A DNA stretch of 64,000 nt from Amoebophrya sp. A120 (Eukaryota > Protista > Dinoflagellata), in NCBI GenBank assembly GCA_905178155.1, contig CAJINV010000004.1:10196381-10260380 (forward strand). Reading direction: 5' to 3'. The notes under the pieces are model-generated. The model ran no database searches, was not told the DNA's origin, and saw only the letters and a program-made list of their open reading frames with translations. The translations under genes were made by a program, and so were the position numbers. Positions 50,001-61,313 of this stretch are shown here, in pieces (within the stretch, counting starts at the first letter, position 1; each line of letters opens with the position of its first letter).

Positions 50001-53000
50001 GATGAAGATATTAATGCTGAATTTCAAGCTGAAGGGCCGATAGAAGTAGACGCGAACGGTGCAGAAGCAGCCCGACGACTACCACAACAGGAAATTCGGT
50101 ACGACGGATCATCTACATCTTCTGTGGAGAGTGGCGACGCCAGCGTTTTGGATGGTAGTGGTGCAGGTACAGCCCGTTCGGGAAGTCACAACTCTTTCAT
50201 GGCCGGAGCTCACTTGAGCCCTCTGCAGGAACTTTCGTCGACGTTCACTTCCACTTCAGAACTTTTTCATCCTGATGCGGAGGGACCGCAGCTGCCACAC
50301 AAGAACCCTGTTGTAAGTGCACCAGTTGGGGCGCCCCATGCGGAGGATCATGGGAGCGAAGATCTCCCTGAGATTGATGATGAATCTCCGGATCATATAA
50401 AACCCGACTTTGTCGAAGACCCGAACAGGCTGATGAATCACGACAGCTACCTGACATTCGTCCAAATCACGGCAATCCAGTCCGACAAGCATCAAACACA
50501 CGGTGCAGCAGCTTCGTCCGGTAAAGCAGATCATGGCGATGGCAAAAAACAGAAACAGAGAACTGCCGGCGGACAGTCTAGTACGCTCTACCCGTGGGCC
50601 GGTTTTGTCGATTGCAAAAACGCATTGGAAACTGCAAAGGAGTTGGTCGTTGATCACGGCTACGACACGGTCCTGATTTCCAAAGTTCGGACAAACACGC
50701 CATTGCTGGAGGTGAGTAAGAGTCAAAACTACGAGGAGAACGGGGGGCATTTGATTTGGAAGCAAGCTGTTGCGCTGAATGGCGCGCAGGCCGCCGCGGG
50801 AACAGCAGCTTCTGACTCTTCCACGCCTTTCCATTCAAAAAAAGAATCCGTTGTCGATGACCTGACCGCTCTTCTCCGTCACTTATCACCCGCCGAAGTT
50901 CTCGCCGCCGAATGGGACGAAAATCTCCGGAAGCATCTGGTCACGAAATTTGATTTGCTTGAGCCGCACCTCCGGAAGGCGATCCACGAGGAAGCGGAAA
51001 AGGACGAGAGGGTGAGGCAAGGCGCGTTGCATCCAGCGGGCATTTTGAGACAGCAAGGCGATGTTGGTGGAGCTGCAGCTGGAGGGGGCACCAGCGGAGT
51101 TGTAGAACTACGTGAACCAACTTTTTTATCTCAAGCGGCGATGCGTGACTACGAGAAGGGATTCGCTTCGGGGGTGACGATGGTTCGCACGGAGCAATTT
51201 GCGCAATTCGCGAGGGAGGAGCAGTTTCGCCTGAGGCCGAGTTCGGATCACCATCATGCGGCGCAGCGTGCTGACAAAATTACTTCACCGGCTCCTCACG
51301 AAGTAAATCCTTTTGCCGGATTTCGTGATGTTTTGTCGGCGGGACCGATTAGACCAGAGAAGCCGATCCCAGGATCTTCATCCACACCGCGTGCAGCCGC
51401 TCCAAGCAGCCTGTACTCCTCTTCCCGCACCAGTAGTTCCTCTCCACCAGCATCTCCAGCGCCGAAACTGAGAGTGATCGTCGAAAAGTTTCAGGCGAAC
51501 ACGAAAAACAGCAGACTAGCCCTCGCCTGGAGCAAGTACGTCTTTGAGAGGACCCAGGCGCTCGCCGCGGAATTTTTGCAAGACAAAATCGAGGCCCCGG
51601 TGTTGGCGGAGTTACACGCGCTCGCAGCGGTTGGGGAAAGAATCGGAAATGAAGAAAACGCTTTTCTTCCGGAAGATGTTCTTGGGAGAAAGACTTCCAA
51701 GAAAGTAGACCCCGCCCACTTCACCGGCGTCCAAGGACTTCCGAAGGTGCTGGAATCGGAGCTGTGGCCAGATGCGTTCTTCGGATCACCTGGGTATGAA
51801 GAGAAGAAGAAGAAAAGCCTACCGCGGATCAAAGAGTCCGAGGCGTATAGGCTGTTACACAACGCGGTAGAAAACAACAAGAACTCCATGGAGGACAAGT
51901 ATAGTGCGAATGGAAAAATAGACGAAAAAACAACATCTACGAGAAGTACTAGCGACGTGGAGACAATTTTGTCCGTCGTGAAGGAGGAAGCAGTGGCCGC
52001 GAGGGATTTGTTACAAACGCCAATTTTGATCCTGACTGAAGACGAAACTTTATCCGTTCTCGTGCAATTAAACGTCGAGGCGGTGGAGTGGCAGAAACGG
52101 TGGAAGCGAAGGCAGAATAGCAAAAGACACAAGCAAGTGCAAGAAAAAAGCGCTAATAAAGATCCTGCTTCATCTACCTTTGCCCACCCGACTTACAGCG
52201 GTCCCGCTGAGCTTCGTGATGCATCTGCGATTGCGGCACCGTTTGTGTCCGAAGATGACGAAGACTTCCGCGGGTCGTTTCTGCGCATTCTCTCCGCGAC
52301 TCACAAAGAGAAAGATTTTACCGCCGATCCGCTTCAAACTGCGATAGAGCCAAGGAGTAGCACGTGCAGCAAAGCCGAAGGGGCGCAGCTGCACAAGACG
52401 GCGTCGTCTTCGTCTGACACGAGTACAACTCGGGGGAAAAATCAAGATCACAGCAAGCAACAGCAAGAGCAGGGTCTAGATCAGTGGCGCCCCCTCTGGC
52501 CAGAGTTCGCAAAGGATTTACCCTTTACGCCCTTACCAGGGGTTCCACCTCTTCCAGTCGGAGGCGGCGTCATTGACGGCCGTGCGACTTCTTCTGCTTC
52601 GTCGACCACTGGCAACACAAAAACTGCTCCGTACATCTTTACCTGGCCAGAGACATACAACAACCCAGGAATACTCGTGGAAGGCGGCTTTTTCGCGGAA
52701 ACGGCCGGTGCAGAAGCAGCTGGTGCAGCTTCCCAGGTCAAGCACAAAAAGACGCCTCTCAAAACGGCCTACGATCAACGACGCTATGCGCAGGATACTT
52801 ACGATAAGATGATGAATCCAGACGAAGTAGAGGGGACTACTACAGCAGCCTCAAATGGCGACGAACAAAAGTCTACTACTGCTTCATCAGCTCGTGATGA
52901 AATGAGCAGGGAAGAGCGCAAGATAGAACCCTGGCGCCAGGTCCCGAAACCCCTGCGCCAGCCGGTCACCCCCCGTGTTTTGATCCAATGTAAACAACAG

Positions 53001-56000
53001 ATCCCGGACTGGTGCATCGGGTCCAAAACCGACCTCCTGCCGACCAGCCAGACCTATCAAATGTAAAAATGTCTGGGTCTGGAAGAATGCAACTTGTCAT
53101 GCTGCGTCTGCATTATCCAAAAATCTGTATTGCATGAACAGCAAAAGAGGTCTGGTTTTGGCCCCGGCGAGAGGGCATTTCTCATGCGGTAAAGGCATCA
53201 GAAAGCCCTCACAAGATCTGTGATGCTAGGGCATGCATCGCAGGCATCAGGAGTCATGCAAAATGTGCATGACAAACCTTGCATCCTTCCAGACCCAGAC
53301 ATTTTTGCATTTGATAAGACCTTCCGCTTAGCGATTGAAGCCCGCTGCATCTCCACGAGCGGGGAGCACGTGGCCAACCAGTGCGACCGGTGGGCGAGGT
53401 ATGGAGAGAAAAAAGTTTGTCACAGTCACTAACTTGCAGGCTTTCCATTACAAATTTTCTCAGCATCACACACTTTCCTTGTATTGCAGAAACACTAGGG
53501 AAATCCCTAATGAAGTTTGGCTGTGATGCATTTTTACGCATGACAAACAATTTTGTATTGCAAAAATGCGCATGAGTGATCGTGACGAACTTTTTTCCTT
53601 TGATACGAGGATGGGTGCGGATGGGGCGCTGCTGTCCTTGGATGACTTGCTGAACGAGATGATCGACAAAACCAACGCGGTGGGCGCGAAGTTCAACCCG
53701 ATCGACGGCGACCCGCAGGACAAAACCGTTTGCCGCAAGTTTCGCCCGACGGAGGATGCGGCGGAACAAGAAGTACAACCAGAGGGAACAAACACAAAGA
53801 ACAAGCACGTTGGGCGGATGAAAAACATGATCTTGCTAGTGGAGTCCTTGTTCAAGGGAGCCAACAAACCCTGGAAGCACACGCCGCCCAGCGCGAGTGA
53901 GGCAGAGAGGGAACGAAACCAAATTGTGCAGGAAAAGGCCCTAATGGAGATTTTGTTGGACGAACTGCTGTTGCCAAAGATCTTTGTTCTGGAAGAACAG
54001 TCTTCAAGTACATCAACTACCGGTGGCGCGACTGCAACCGGAGCTGCAAGTCACACAGACCTGCACCAAATGTTGAAGATGAGAAACTACAAAAAGGAGC
54101 GTGCACAGTGGATCCGCATGTTTCGGCTTTTTCGCAAAGAACTGGTCTGGCCGTTGTTCGCGGCGGCACTGCGGTTCAAAGATTTGTGCATCGACCGGCG
54201 GGTTTTTCGGGTCGTGTTGGTGGAGGTGTTGGAACGGGTTTTGCGGATATTGCCGGAAGACGAGAAAACGCAGGCGGAGGAACAAGATGGTGGAAGAATG
54301 AACATTGAAGAAGTTGAACCTGCTTCGCCCAGCCTAGTTTTGTCGCGGCTGCAGAGTAGAGATGAAGCGCGTGCAGATGCTGCTGTGGTCCATCAGGATG
54401 AGTATGAAGAGACTCAAGTTTCGGCTTCGCATGATACTCCTGGCCCGTTGTCGGACGATGCAGATTATCATGCAGATTCGCTAGTTAAAAACTTCCGCCG
54501 CCTCTCCCTGGTCGGACACGGGCCAGAGACAATTACCACCGCAGCGGATCCAGAGGAGCAAAATCAGCAAACGTCTGCGCACTTCTTGGACACATTTCCA
54601 GGGCGACCCTCGGGAAGTAGAGGTACAGGTACGACTTCTTCCCAGCACAGAAAACTACATTCGGACGTGCACGAAGACTGGTCACTTGGTGAACAACATC
54701 CAGACGCGCCGCGTGGAGCTACTACTACAATGAACCGCGCCGAAGAGCATACCGCAAAGCTGGCTTTTGACAATCTGCATAAGCTTTTCACCGCAGATAC
54801 TGTCCAAGACATTCTCGCCTCTTCCTTCTTCAACGCCGCTAGCGCGCCTCCGCAGCGCGCGCCGGTGGCTCCGGTTGTTGTATGCATTGCAAATATGTCT
54901 GGGTCTGGAAGATGAAGAATGCAAACTTGTGATGCGCGTTTCACAACACATAAAAGTTTTTCATGCGTAGGCAGCAAAAGCTGCCTACTTTCTGTCACCT
55001 CCAAAGTGGGGCGTTTGTCATGCGGATTCGGCATTGCGGAAGCTTCTCGAAACCTGTGATGCTAGAGATTCCATGCCAGACCTTCTGCGTCATGCAAAAG
55101 CAGCATGACTCTTCCAGACCCAGACATATTTGCCTTATGATATGTCGGCGCCGGGCACGACAACTCGGTAAAAGCCGCCGCAGCGATTTCGAGTGATTTG
55201 ATGCAGAAACTGGTGGACGCTTTACCTCCCTCCGCGGTGACAGAAACCAGGAACAAGCTGGCGATAGAGGAACAGACTGCGGGGGGTCACACAATGAACA
55301 AAGAGAAGACAAGTGGTTCAACATCTACTTCCGCCAGGAGTAGCAGAGCTTCTAGTTCTTCCGAGATGTTGACCCACCCATCCGGGAGCGCGATCCCGGG
55401 TGCAGCTTCTCCTCCCGACGGGTACGAGCGCGTCGCGGATTTGGCGAATGTCAAAGATGAGGAACTGAAAACTGCGGTCAATAGTTGGATCCGGATGGAG
55501 GAGACTGTGGATAAGAAAAAGAGCATTCTGGAGGGGGATTTCTCCGTGAACGACAACGATCCGAACTTTCTTGTTGGTGAAAATAAACAGGACAGCAGTG
55601 CAGCTCATCTAAGCCACGTCCTGCTCCCCGAGTACGTGACGAGCGATCGTTCTATGGAAGCGTCAGGTTTGAAATCGTCAAAGTTGCAAATAATTTGCAA
55701 TGCATAAAATGCATGGCCCGAGGCACGTGTGTTGCAGAGCAGGCAAGTGAGGCAGATTGTTAGCCTGTTTGGGGTTACAGCTCGAGCTGCTAAAGTAACA
55801 TGAGAAAATCGCTCTTCTTTGCCTAAACAGCATGACAAAGTGGATTTAGGGACCACCGAAATTTGTCTTGCGCCATTTAGAAACTGGGTTCCAACTGGCA
55901 TCCATTTTATGCATGACAAATCATTTCAACTTTGTCGATTTCAACCCTGATGCTTCCATACGTTCCGCCCCGCAGTTACAGCTCGACTTCGCAGTGAAGG

Positions 56001-59000
56001 AAAAAGATCGGAAAACGGTATCAAATGTAAAAATGTCTGAGTCTGGAAGGTTACCATGTTTGTCATGCATATATTACATGACTCAGGATGTCTGTAATGC
56101 ATGATCTGGCATCACATATTTTTAGAGGCCTTCCTGATGCCTATCCCGCATGACAAATGTACTCCCAGCGTGGCACAAACTGGGCTCCTATTGCTGGTCA
56201 TGCAATACATATTTTTTTAGAGTTGAAAGTTAGCATCACAAGTTCCAACCTTCCAGACCCAGACATTTTTACATTTGATAAACGGGCGAGGCAGTCAAGG
56301 GGAAAAAAGCAGCTGCTGGGCGGGAAGTTCGGATCTTCATTAACAGCCGGAGCACGGCCCGGGCCGCGTATGCGTTTCACAAGGGTGTGACGAAGAAAGT
56401 TGGGAGGGAGGAGAAAGAGAAATTCAATGCTGTGGTGAATGCGGTGCTTTTCTCTCCATCAGCTGCATCTGCTGGTACGACGGGGACCACTTCTCCAGAG
56501 GACAAAGTTGCGGCTAACTCGCCCCCATCATCAAGCTCGCAAGAACATCAAGAGCTCGCTTCGATCCGCAACACACTGACAAAGTGGCACAACAAAAGGC
56601 ACACGAAATACCAAAAAGAAAGGGAGAAACTTGAGGACAAGTTCGAAAACAAGCCCATCGATTTCGGCGAACGGGTGGAGGAGTTGAGTGCGAGGCTGAT
56701 AGCCGGTGCCATCGTTTTCTCGTTGGAAACGGCTGGCCGCGCACCGGCATATGGTAAAGTGTGGATGGATGCTTTTCGCGGCTTGTCAAGGGTGTATTGC
56801 AGCAAGAAGGACTGGGCGTTTTTCAACAAGATAAAAGGCCTCGGCGCTTCTCAACAGGACAATTCTGGTTCTGCTTCCTCGGCAGAAGCTAGTGCACAGA
56901 GAACAAGTGCTGGTGCCAGCACACCGAACAGCGAGGCGCTGCAAAGACTTTCCGAGGAAGAGATTCACAAGGAGGCCGCGCACAACCTCGAGCAGGTTGA
57001 CGCGGCGCTTTCCCTCGCGCAGGTGATCGCGACGCACGCGGATCCGCGGGAGGTCGCGCACGATACGTTTTCCTCCATACTGCACATCTCCGCACCGGTG
57101 ATTGCCGCGGAACAGATGAAGATGATGAAAATAAGCGGTGCTGGAACTTCTACCAAAGAACGGAAAAATGGACAAGAAGGCACGACTTCGGGGACTAGTA
57201 CTTCGTTCTCAGACTCTTGCTCCGGGTCCTCATCCTCGGCAGCCTGCAATAAAGTCTCTTGGAACGAGTGGTGGTGGAGCAAGGTTTTCGGAGATAGAAA
57301 TGGAGGTGAAACCACTACTACTGCCCCCGCCCCACCTCCACCTGATGCACCACAGAGTCCACCGCAATCCCTAGCCGATTTCAACCTGAGATCGGTTCTC
57401 AACGCGTATTACATCCAGGCGGATGCCGCTTGGTTTGCCGCAATTGTGGAGAAAAATTGGGATCTCAAATTGAACACGATGGAAACAAGGAAACTCGTGT
57501 TGTTATGGCAACGCCAGAGCAGCGAGTTCCTGCACCAGCCGATTTACTCGGAGTACGATTCGGTGAGAAAGCAGAGGAGAATCGATTTCTTGTGGGATTT
57601 TCAGGAAGCGTTGGGGTTGGTGGTCAGACACATGGTACACACGAGAAAACAAGTTCCTGATTCATCTGTTGGGGATGATGCTCCTAAGAAGTCGGACGCA
57701 CCAGGACCAGATGGCGCTGCATCAGGTACTACTACTTCCATCGCGGGTACTGGTAGCGCTTCCTCCACCTCGTCGATCAGAGATGAAAATAGCAAAGATC
57801 AACGTCGGCGCTCTAGTACATCTTCAGGTGGGACGGCGAGCGAGGACGCGAAGTCCTCACAATCATCTTCCAAGATGAAACCTCCCGGAGGAGCTGCAGA
57901 GATGAAAAACAAGGGTAGTTCCAAGTCTTTTTTGTCCGAGAAGCTTTCTGAAATTGAGAAGGAAGTCGTCAAGTCCTGGACGGTCGGAAACGAGTGGTGG
58001 ACCGCGGTGATTGTCGCATCACGCGTGGTGGAGTACACAACCGCCTTCTTGGCGGTCGCAAGAGCGAACCCGGAGGATTTTGGCGCGAACGAAGCGGTAT
58101 GGATTGCAAAAATGTCTGGGTCTGGAAGATTGCCAGACTTGTCATGCAGGTTTTCCATAACCCAAGAGGTCTGGTATGTAGGACATAGCATGACAGATTC
58201 TGCGAAACCTTTCCAATGCCTATCCTGCATGAGAAACTGCCTCTCGATTAGGTCAAAAGTGCACAACCTTTGGCAATCATGCAACACAGTTTTTTGCCTG
58301 ATTCAGATTTAGCATGACAAGTTGCATTCTTCCAGACCCAGACATTTTTACATTTGATAAGCGGGGGCGGCTTTGTTGGAAGGACCTTTTGCGCAGTTGG
58401 CGGTGGATATGACAGTACACAACTTCCCCTCCCCCTCATTTGTCATGCAAAATCTCAAATCCAGTCGCTGCCTTGTGGCACTGTTTCCATGACAAGTTCT
58501 GGTAGCCCAAATAGCACTACACTCCAGTGTTAATTTGTCATGCAAAACCCACATTCTTCCTGATGTTTGTGTTGCCATTCATGCTATACAAATGAGAGAG
58601 GGGGAGGGGGAGTTGTGCAATCTCATAGTGGACACAGGCATCATTTTCCGGGATCTGCTGGGGGATCCGAGGTGCCCGGTTGCGGGGGGTGGGGATGACA
58701 GGTACGTCTATTTTTTTCGTAGTAGCGGCGCCCCGGATGTTTTCTTCTGTAGAAGTAGACCCCACAACCAGAACCACTGAATAAAGTGTGACGACGAGGA
58801 GGTCCATGATGCTTCTACGCTAGAAGTAGTAGATTAATTTGGATATGGATTTGACCATAAATGAGTCCAATCTCTTGCACTTCCACTTGCTTGCTTCCTC
58901 GCAGGTCCCAGACCGGTACAACGACTAGCAAGCCCCGCAAAAATACTCGAGTCCAGTTTTCCCAGTCCTGTCTCACGTCCCATCTGTCAACCGCCCTGCT

Positions 59001-60521
59001 CGGCCGGCTGAACGGAGGAAGGTTGAAATGGTACCCGTCGCCGCAGTTTGTGTGGGAAACAATGAACTTCATGGTCACCGTCGCGAGCAAGTACGAGAAC
59101 GGAATTCTCAAAAAATTCTTCGACCAGGGGATTGCTTTGAACCAGCGGTCTTTGTTTTCCATCGAAGCAAGCTACTTGACGCCCTTGGTTCTACACGACC
59201 AAAGGCGGTTCATCTCCCCCGGCATGGAGATCGCGCCGTCGCACCGACTCTGCTACAAGAAAACGGGGTCGGTAGAAATGTTCTACAAGAGGGCGTCGCA
59301 GTGGGGCGGCCCGTGGACAAGATGCTTGGACACGACGGAAATCGGTATGAGAATTGCGTATACTAGACAAAATATGGTGTTGCCACATTTGATGGATTGT
59401 CACAACCGGTAGAATGTGCGTACGTACTAACTTAGAAGTTTAAGTCATGACAACACGAGACAAATCTATCGCTTTTATCAGGTACCATCATCGAAAAAAT
59501 CCCGTGGCGCAACTTCCAGAAGCAGCACTTCTGCCAGCACTACCCGTGTCTCTGGAACCGGGAGGATGCGAACAAACTGCATAACGAAGTGGAAGAAAAC
59601 AACCGCCAATTTCTCGCGCAATCCGCCTCCGCGTCTCTCCGGACCATTTTCCCCGCCCGGGAACTGGAGGTCGTGCGAGTTCTGTTCAAAGATAATAGAA
59701 GGGAAGGAGATGCAGACAACACTGTACTGGAAGTTTTTCTCCTCGACCCCGATATTCGGATCCACAGCACGCCGGTGGAAGCGAGCTCGAATTTTTTCCT
59801 AACGAGCTTGGATAGGCAAATCAAGGAATTAGCGAAAGCGGTGAAGCATGGCACGAGAGTCCCGAAGCCGCAAGTCTTCCCCCCGGAGATGGCCGACCAA
59901 GCGGAGCAGGATGGCCAGTTTATCAACGATGCACAGGAAAGACTGCAGAGGGCGCGAAAGGTGGCACTCCAGGTGCTGGATCAGAGACACGCGGGAGCTG
60001 CTCATGTTGTTGAGCAACAGGCACTAGAACAAGACTCGCCAGATGAAATCATGGCGATGCGCAGCGGCGGAAGCAGTACACATGCAGGAGCACAACAAGC
60101 ACAACAAAACAAACTAGCCTCGGTCCCAGCATCAGATAATGATGAACAACACCACCAAACAAAAACTCTTCTCGAAACCTACACCATCGCTTACGAGTCA
60201 ACCATTACTTCGCTTTCGCACAGCGGCAACCCGATAGCGTTGTCCTTTCTGTCGGACAAGAGAAATCTGCAGAAAAAGCCCATCGGACTGCGTGAGCTGC
60301 AGTCTATGTTTCGCGACCCGTTGGTGATCACGCTAAGGAGCGAGTTTGTGGAACAAATTTCGAAACATCTGAAAAAGCCCCTGAAGATCGTTGACGCATA
60401 CATCACCCGGATTGGAATCAAGGCGACTTTAGAGGTGTTGGGGAAGATCAAAGTGCCTCAGGAATACGAGACTGCGGTTTATTTCAAACAACCCTGGCCC
60501 CCGTATCTGGCGAGGGGGTAG
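41072..60521 (+). CDS. Giant hypothetical protein, about 4392 aa, 14 exons (10 TAT..ATA introners, 1 atypical insert, GT-AG introns 58702-58904 and 59345-59481)
   Basis: Exons 41072-42321, 43026-44967, 45231-45274, 48254-49776, 49945-53054, 53322-53399, 53611-54880, 55148-55652, 55966-56018, 56286-58097, 58365-58407, 58633-58701, 58905-59344, 59482-60521 join in frame (13179 nt). N-terminal hydrophobic FLYPVLVFLALAF. First junction least certain; no domain recognised. Confidence 0.68.
42322..43025. mobile_element. Atypical 704-bp GC-rich/A-tract insertion with 11-bp perfect TIR, no clear TSD
   Basis: GTAGTGAGGTC...GACCTCACTAC; exact removal fuses ORF 41072 to ORF 42877 in frame (FLR-ISAPAA). 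Confidence 0.6.
44968..45225. mobile_element. Introner, family A (258 bp)
   Basis: TATCAAATGCAAAAATGTCTGGGTCTGGAA...TTCCAGACCCAGACATATTAATTTGCATTTGATA; TSD GCTAC/GTTAC; frame restored. Confidence 0.9.
45616..46309. other. Assembly gap (694 N)
   Basis: Run of N; 136-bp near-identical sequence on both sides (45480-45615 and 46310-46445). Confidence 0.99.
47793..48188. repeat. Diverged ~140-bp direct repeat inside nested insertion (about 47793-47932 and 48048-48188)
   Basis: GCTTAACTA(G/A)GTGGCCCCGCCGTGCGCTTTTCCGTC...TTTTTGACTTAACAAG...GAATTAGCAC present twice. Confidence 0.8.
49777..49939. mobile_element. Introner, family B (163 bp)
   Basis: TATGCACTGCAAAAGCATCGTACT...AGTACGATACTTTTGCAGTGCATA; TSD CGGAA; frame restored. 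Confidence 0.93.
53055..53316. mobile_element. Introner, family A (262 bp)
   Basis: TATCAAATGTAAAAATGTCTGGGTCTGGAAG...CTTCCAGACCCAGACATTTTTGCATTTGATA; TSD AGACC; frame restored. Confidence 0.95.
53400..53605. mobile_element. Introner, family H (206 bp)
   Basis: TATGGAGAGAAAAAAGTTTGTCAC...GTGACGAACTTTTTTCCTTTGATA; TSD CGAGG; frame restored (WAR-MGAD). Confidence 0.9.
54881..55142. mobile_element. Introner, family A (262 bp)
   Basis: TATGCATTGCAAATATGTCTGGGTCTGGAAGA...TCTTCCAGACCCAGACATATTTGCCTTATGATA; TSD TGTTG/TGTCG; frame restored. Confidence 0.9.
55653..55960. mobile_element. Introner, family D (308 bp)
   Basis: TATGGAAGCGTCAGGTTTGAAATCG...CGATTTCAACCCTGATGCTTCCATA; TSD CGTTC; frame restored. 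Confidence 0.93.
56019..56280. mobile_element. Introner, family A (262 bp)
   Basis: TATCAAATGTAAAAATGTCTGAGTCTGGAAGGTT...AACCTTCCAGACCCAGACATTTTTACATTTGATA; TSD AACGG; frame restored. Confidence 0.95.
58098..58359. mobile_element. Introner, family A (262 bp)
   Basis: TATGGATTGCAAAAATGTCTGGGTCTGGAAGA...TCTTCCAGACCCAGACATTTTTACATTTGATA; TSD AGCGG; frame restored. Confidence 0.93.
58408..58627. mobile_element. Introner, family E (220 bp), opposite orientation to the 26734 copy
   Basis: TATGACAGTACACAACTTCCCCTCCCCCTC...GAGGGGGAGGGGGAGTTGTGCAATCTCATA; TSD GTGGA; frame restored. Confidence 0.93.
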
Positions 60522-61313
60522 GAGTTGTTGTGAATAAAGCAGGCGGGAATTCATAATTTTGCATCGCAACAACAATGAAAATCAAAATCTAATGACAGAG
60601 AGAATATAGTAAAGGAACCTTTGACGTTGACATGACAAGGCATATATATCGACCACTAATATCCAATGATGAGAAAAAGTAAAAGACTGAGTTTCAAGGA
60701 AAGCATACAGCTCTAATACAGAATACAGGTATTGTTTATCAGAGAATGCAGGCGTCTACTTTGCCTTTGCCGAGATTCTGTCATGTTTGCTCCGTGCAAT
60801 TTCATCATGTGAATAAAAATAACGTTCTATGTATGAGAGCATTGAACATATCGTGCAAAATTGTGACTTCAAAACTTCTCAGAGCAGTGCAGCAGTAACA
60901 GGGTCGACATCAACCCAGTGTGTCAAACAAGAGTGTTCATTTGGCAGGCACGTGCCGTTCGCATCTTTAAAGCTATCCTTCAATTATTTCTGGTTTCAAA
61001 GATCAAGTCGGTCAGCACTAGCTTTTCGCTGAACCTAGTACGGAACACGTTTTCGGATACTTCCTTATCGACACAATAAAAGTAGTAGCTAGAGATTTCC
61101 CATTTCTACATGATTGCCATCAATTTCAACTAAAGGCAGGTTAGAAATGCACCAGCGGTTTTTCATGCGTGCTTCCCTCGTTCTCGTCTACCCACCCCCA
61201 GACATGATCATGAGGATGATCAAGAACTAGCCTACCCTCCTAGAAGTTCCAGCCATCGTACAGATTTCCCCCTTCATCTGCTACTTCCCAGAAAATAAAA
61301 ACCGTTTCCCAAG

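Noticed and set aside
14593-58359. Recurring peptides such as YQMQKCLGLE, KMSGSGR, KCKNVWVWK and LQKYRTR in the ORF track as a protein repeat domain
   Set aside because: They are translations of element TIRs in various frames and strands, not coding sequence.
13525-60521. Stop-codon readthrough, frameshifting or pseudogenisation to explain ORF breaks
   Set aside because: Within the modelled genes every break coincides with a TIR element or GT-AG intron, and the joined exons have no internal stops.
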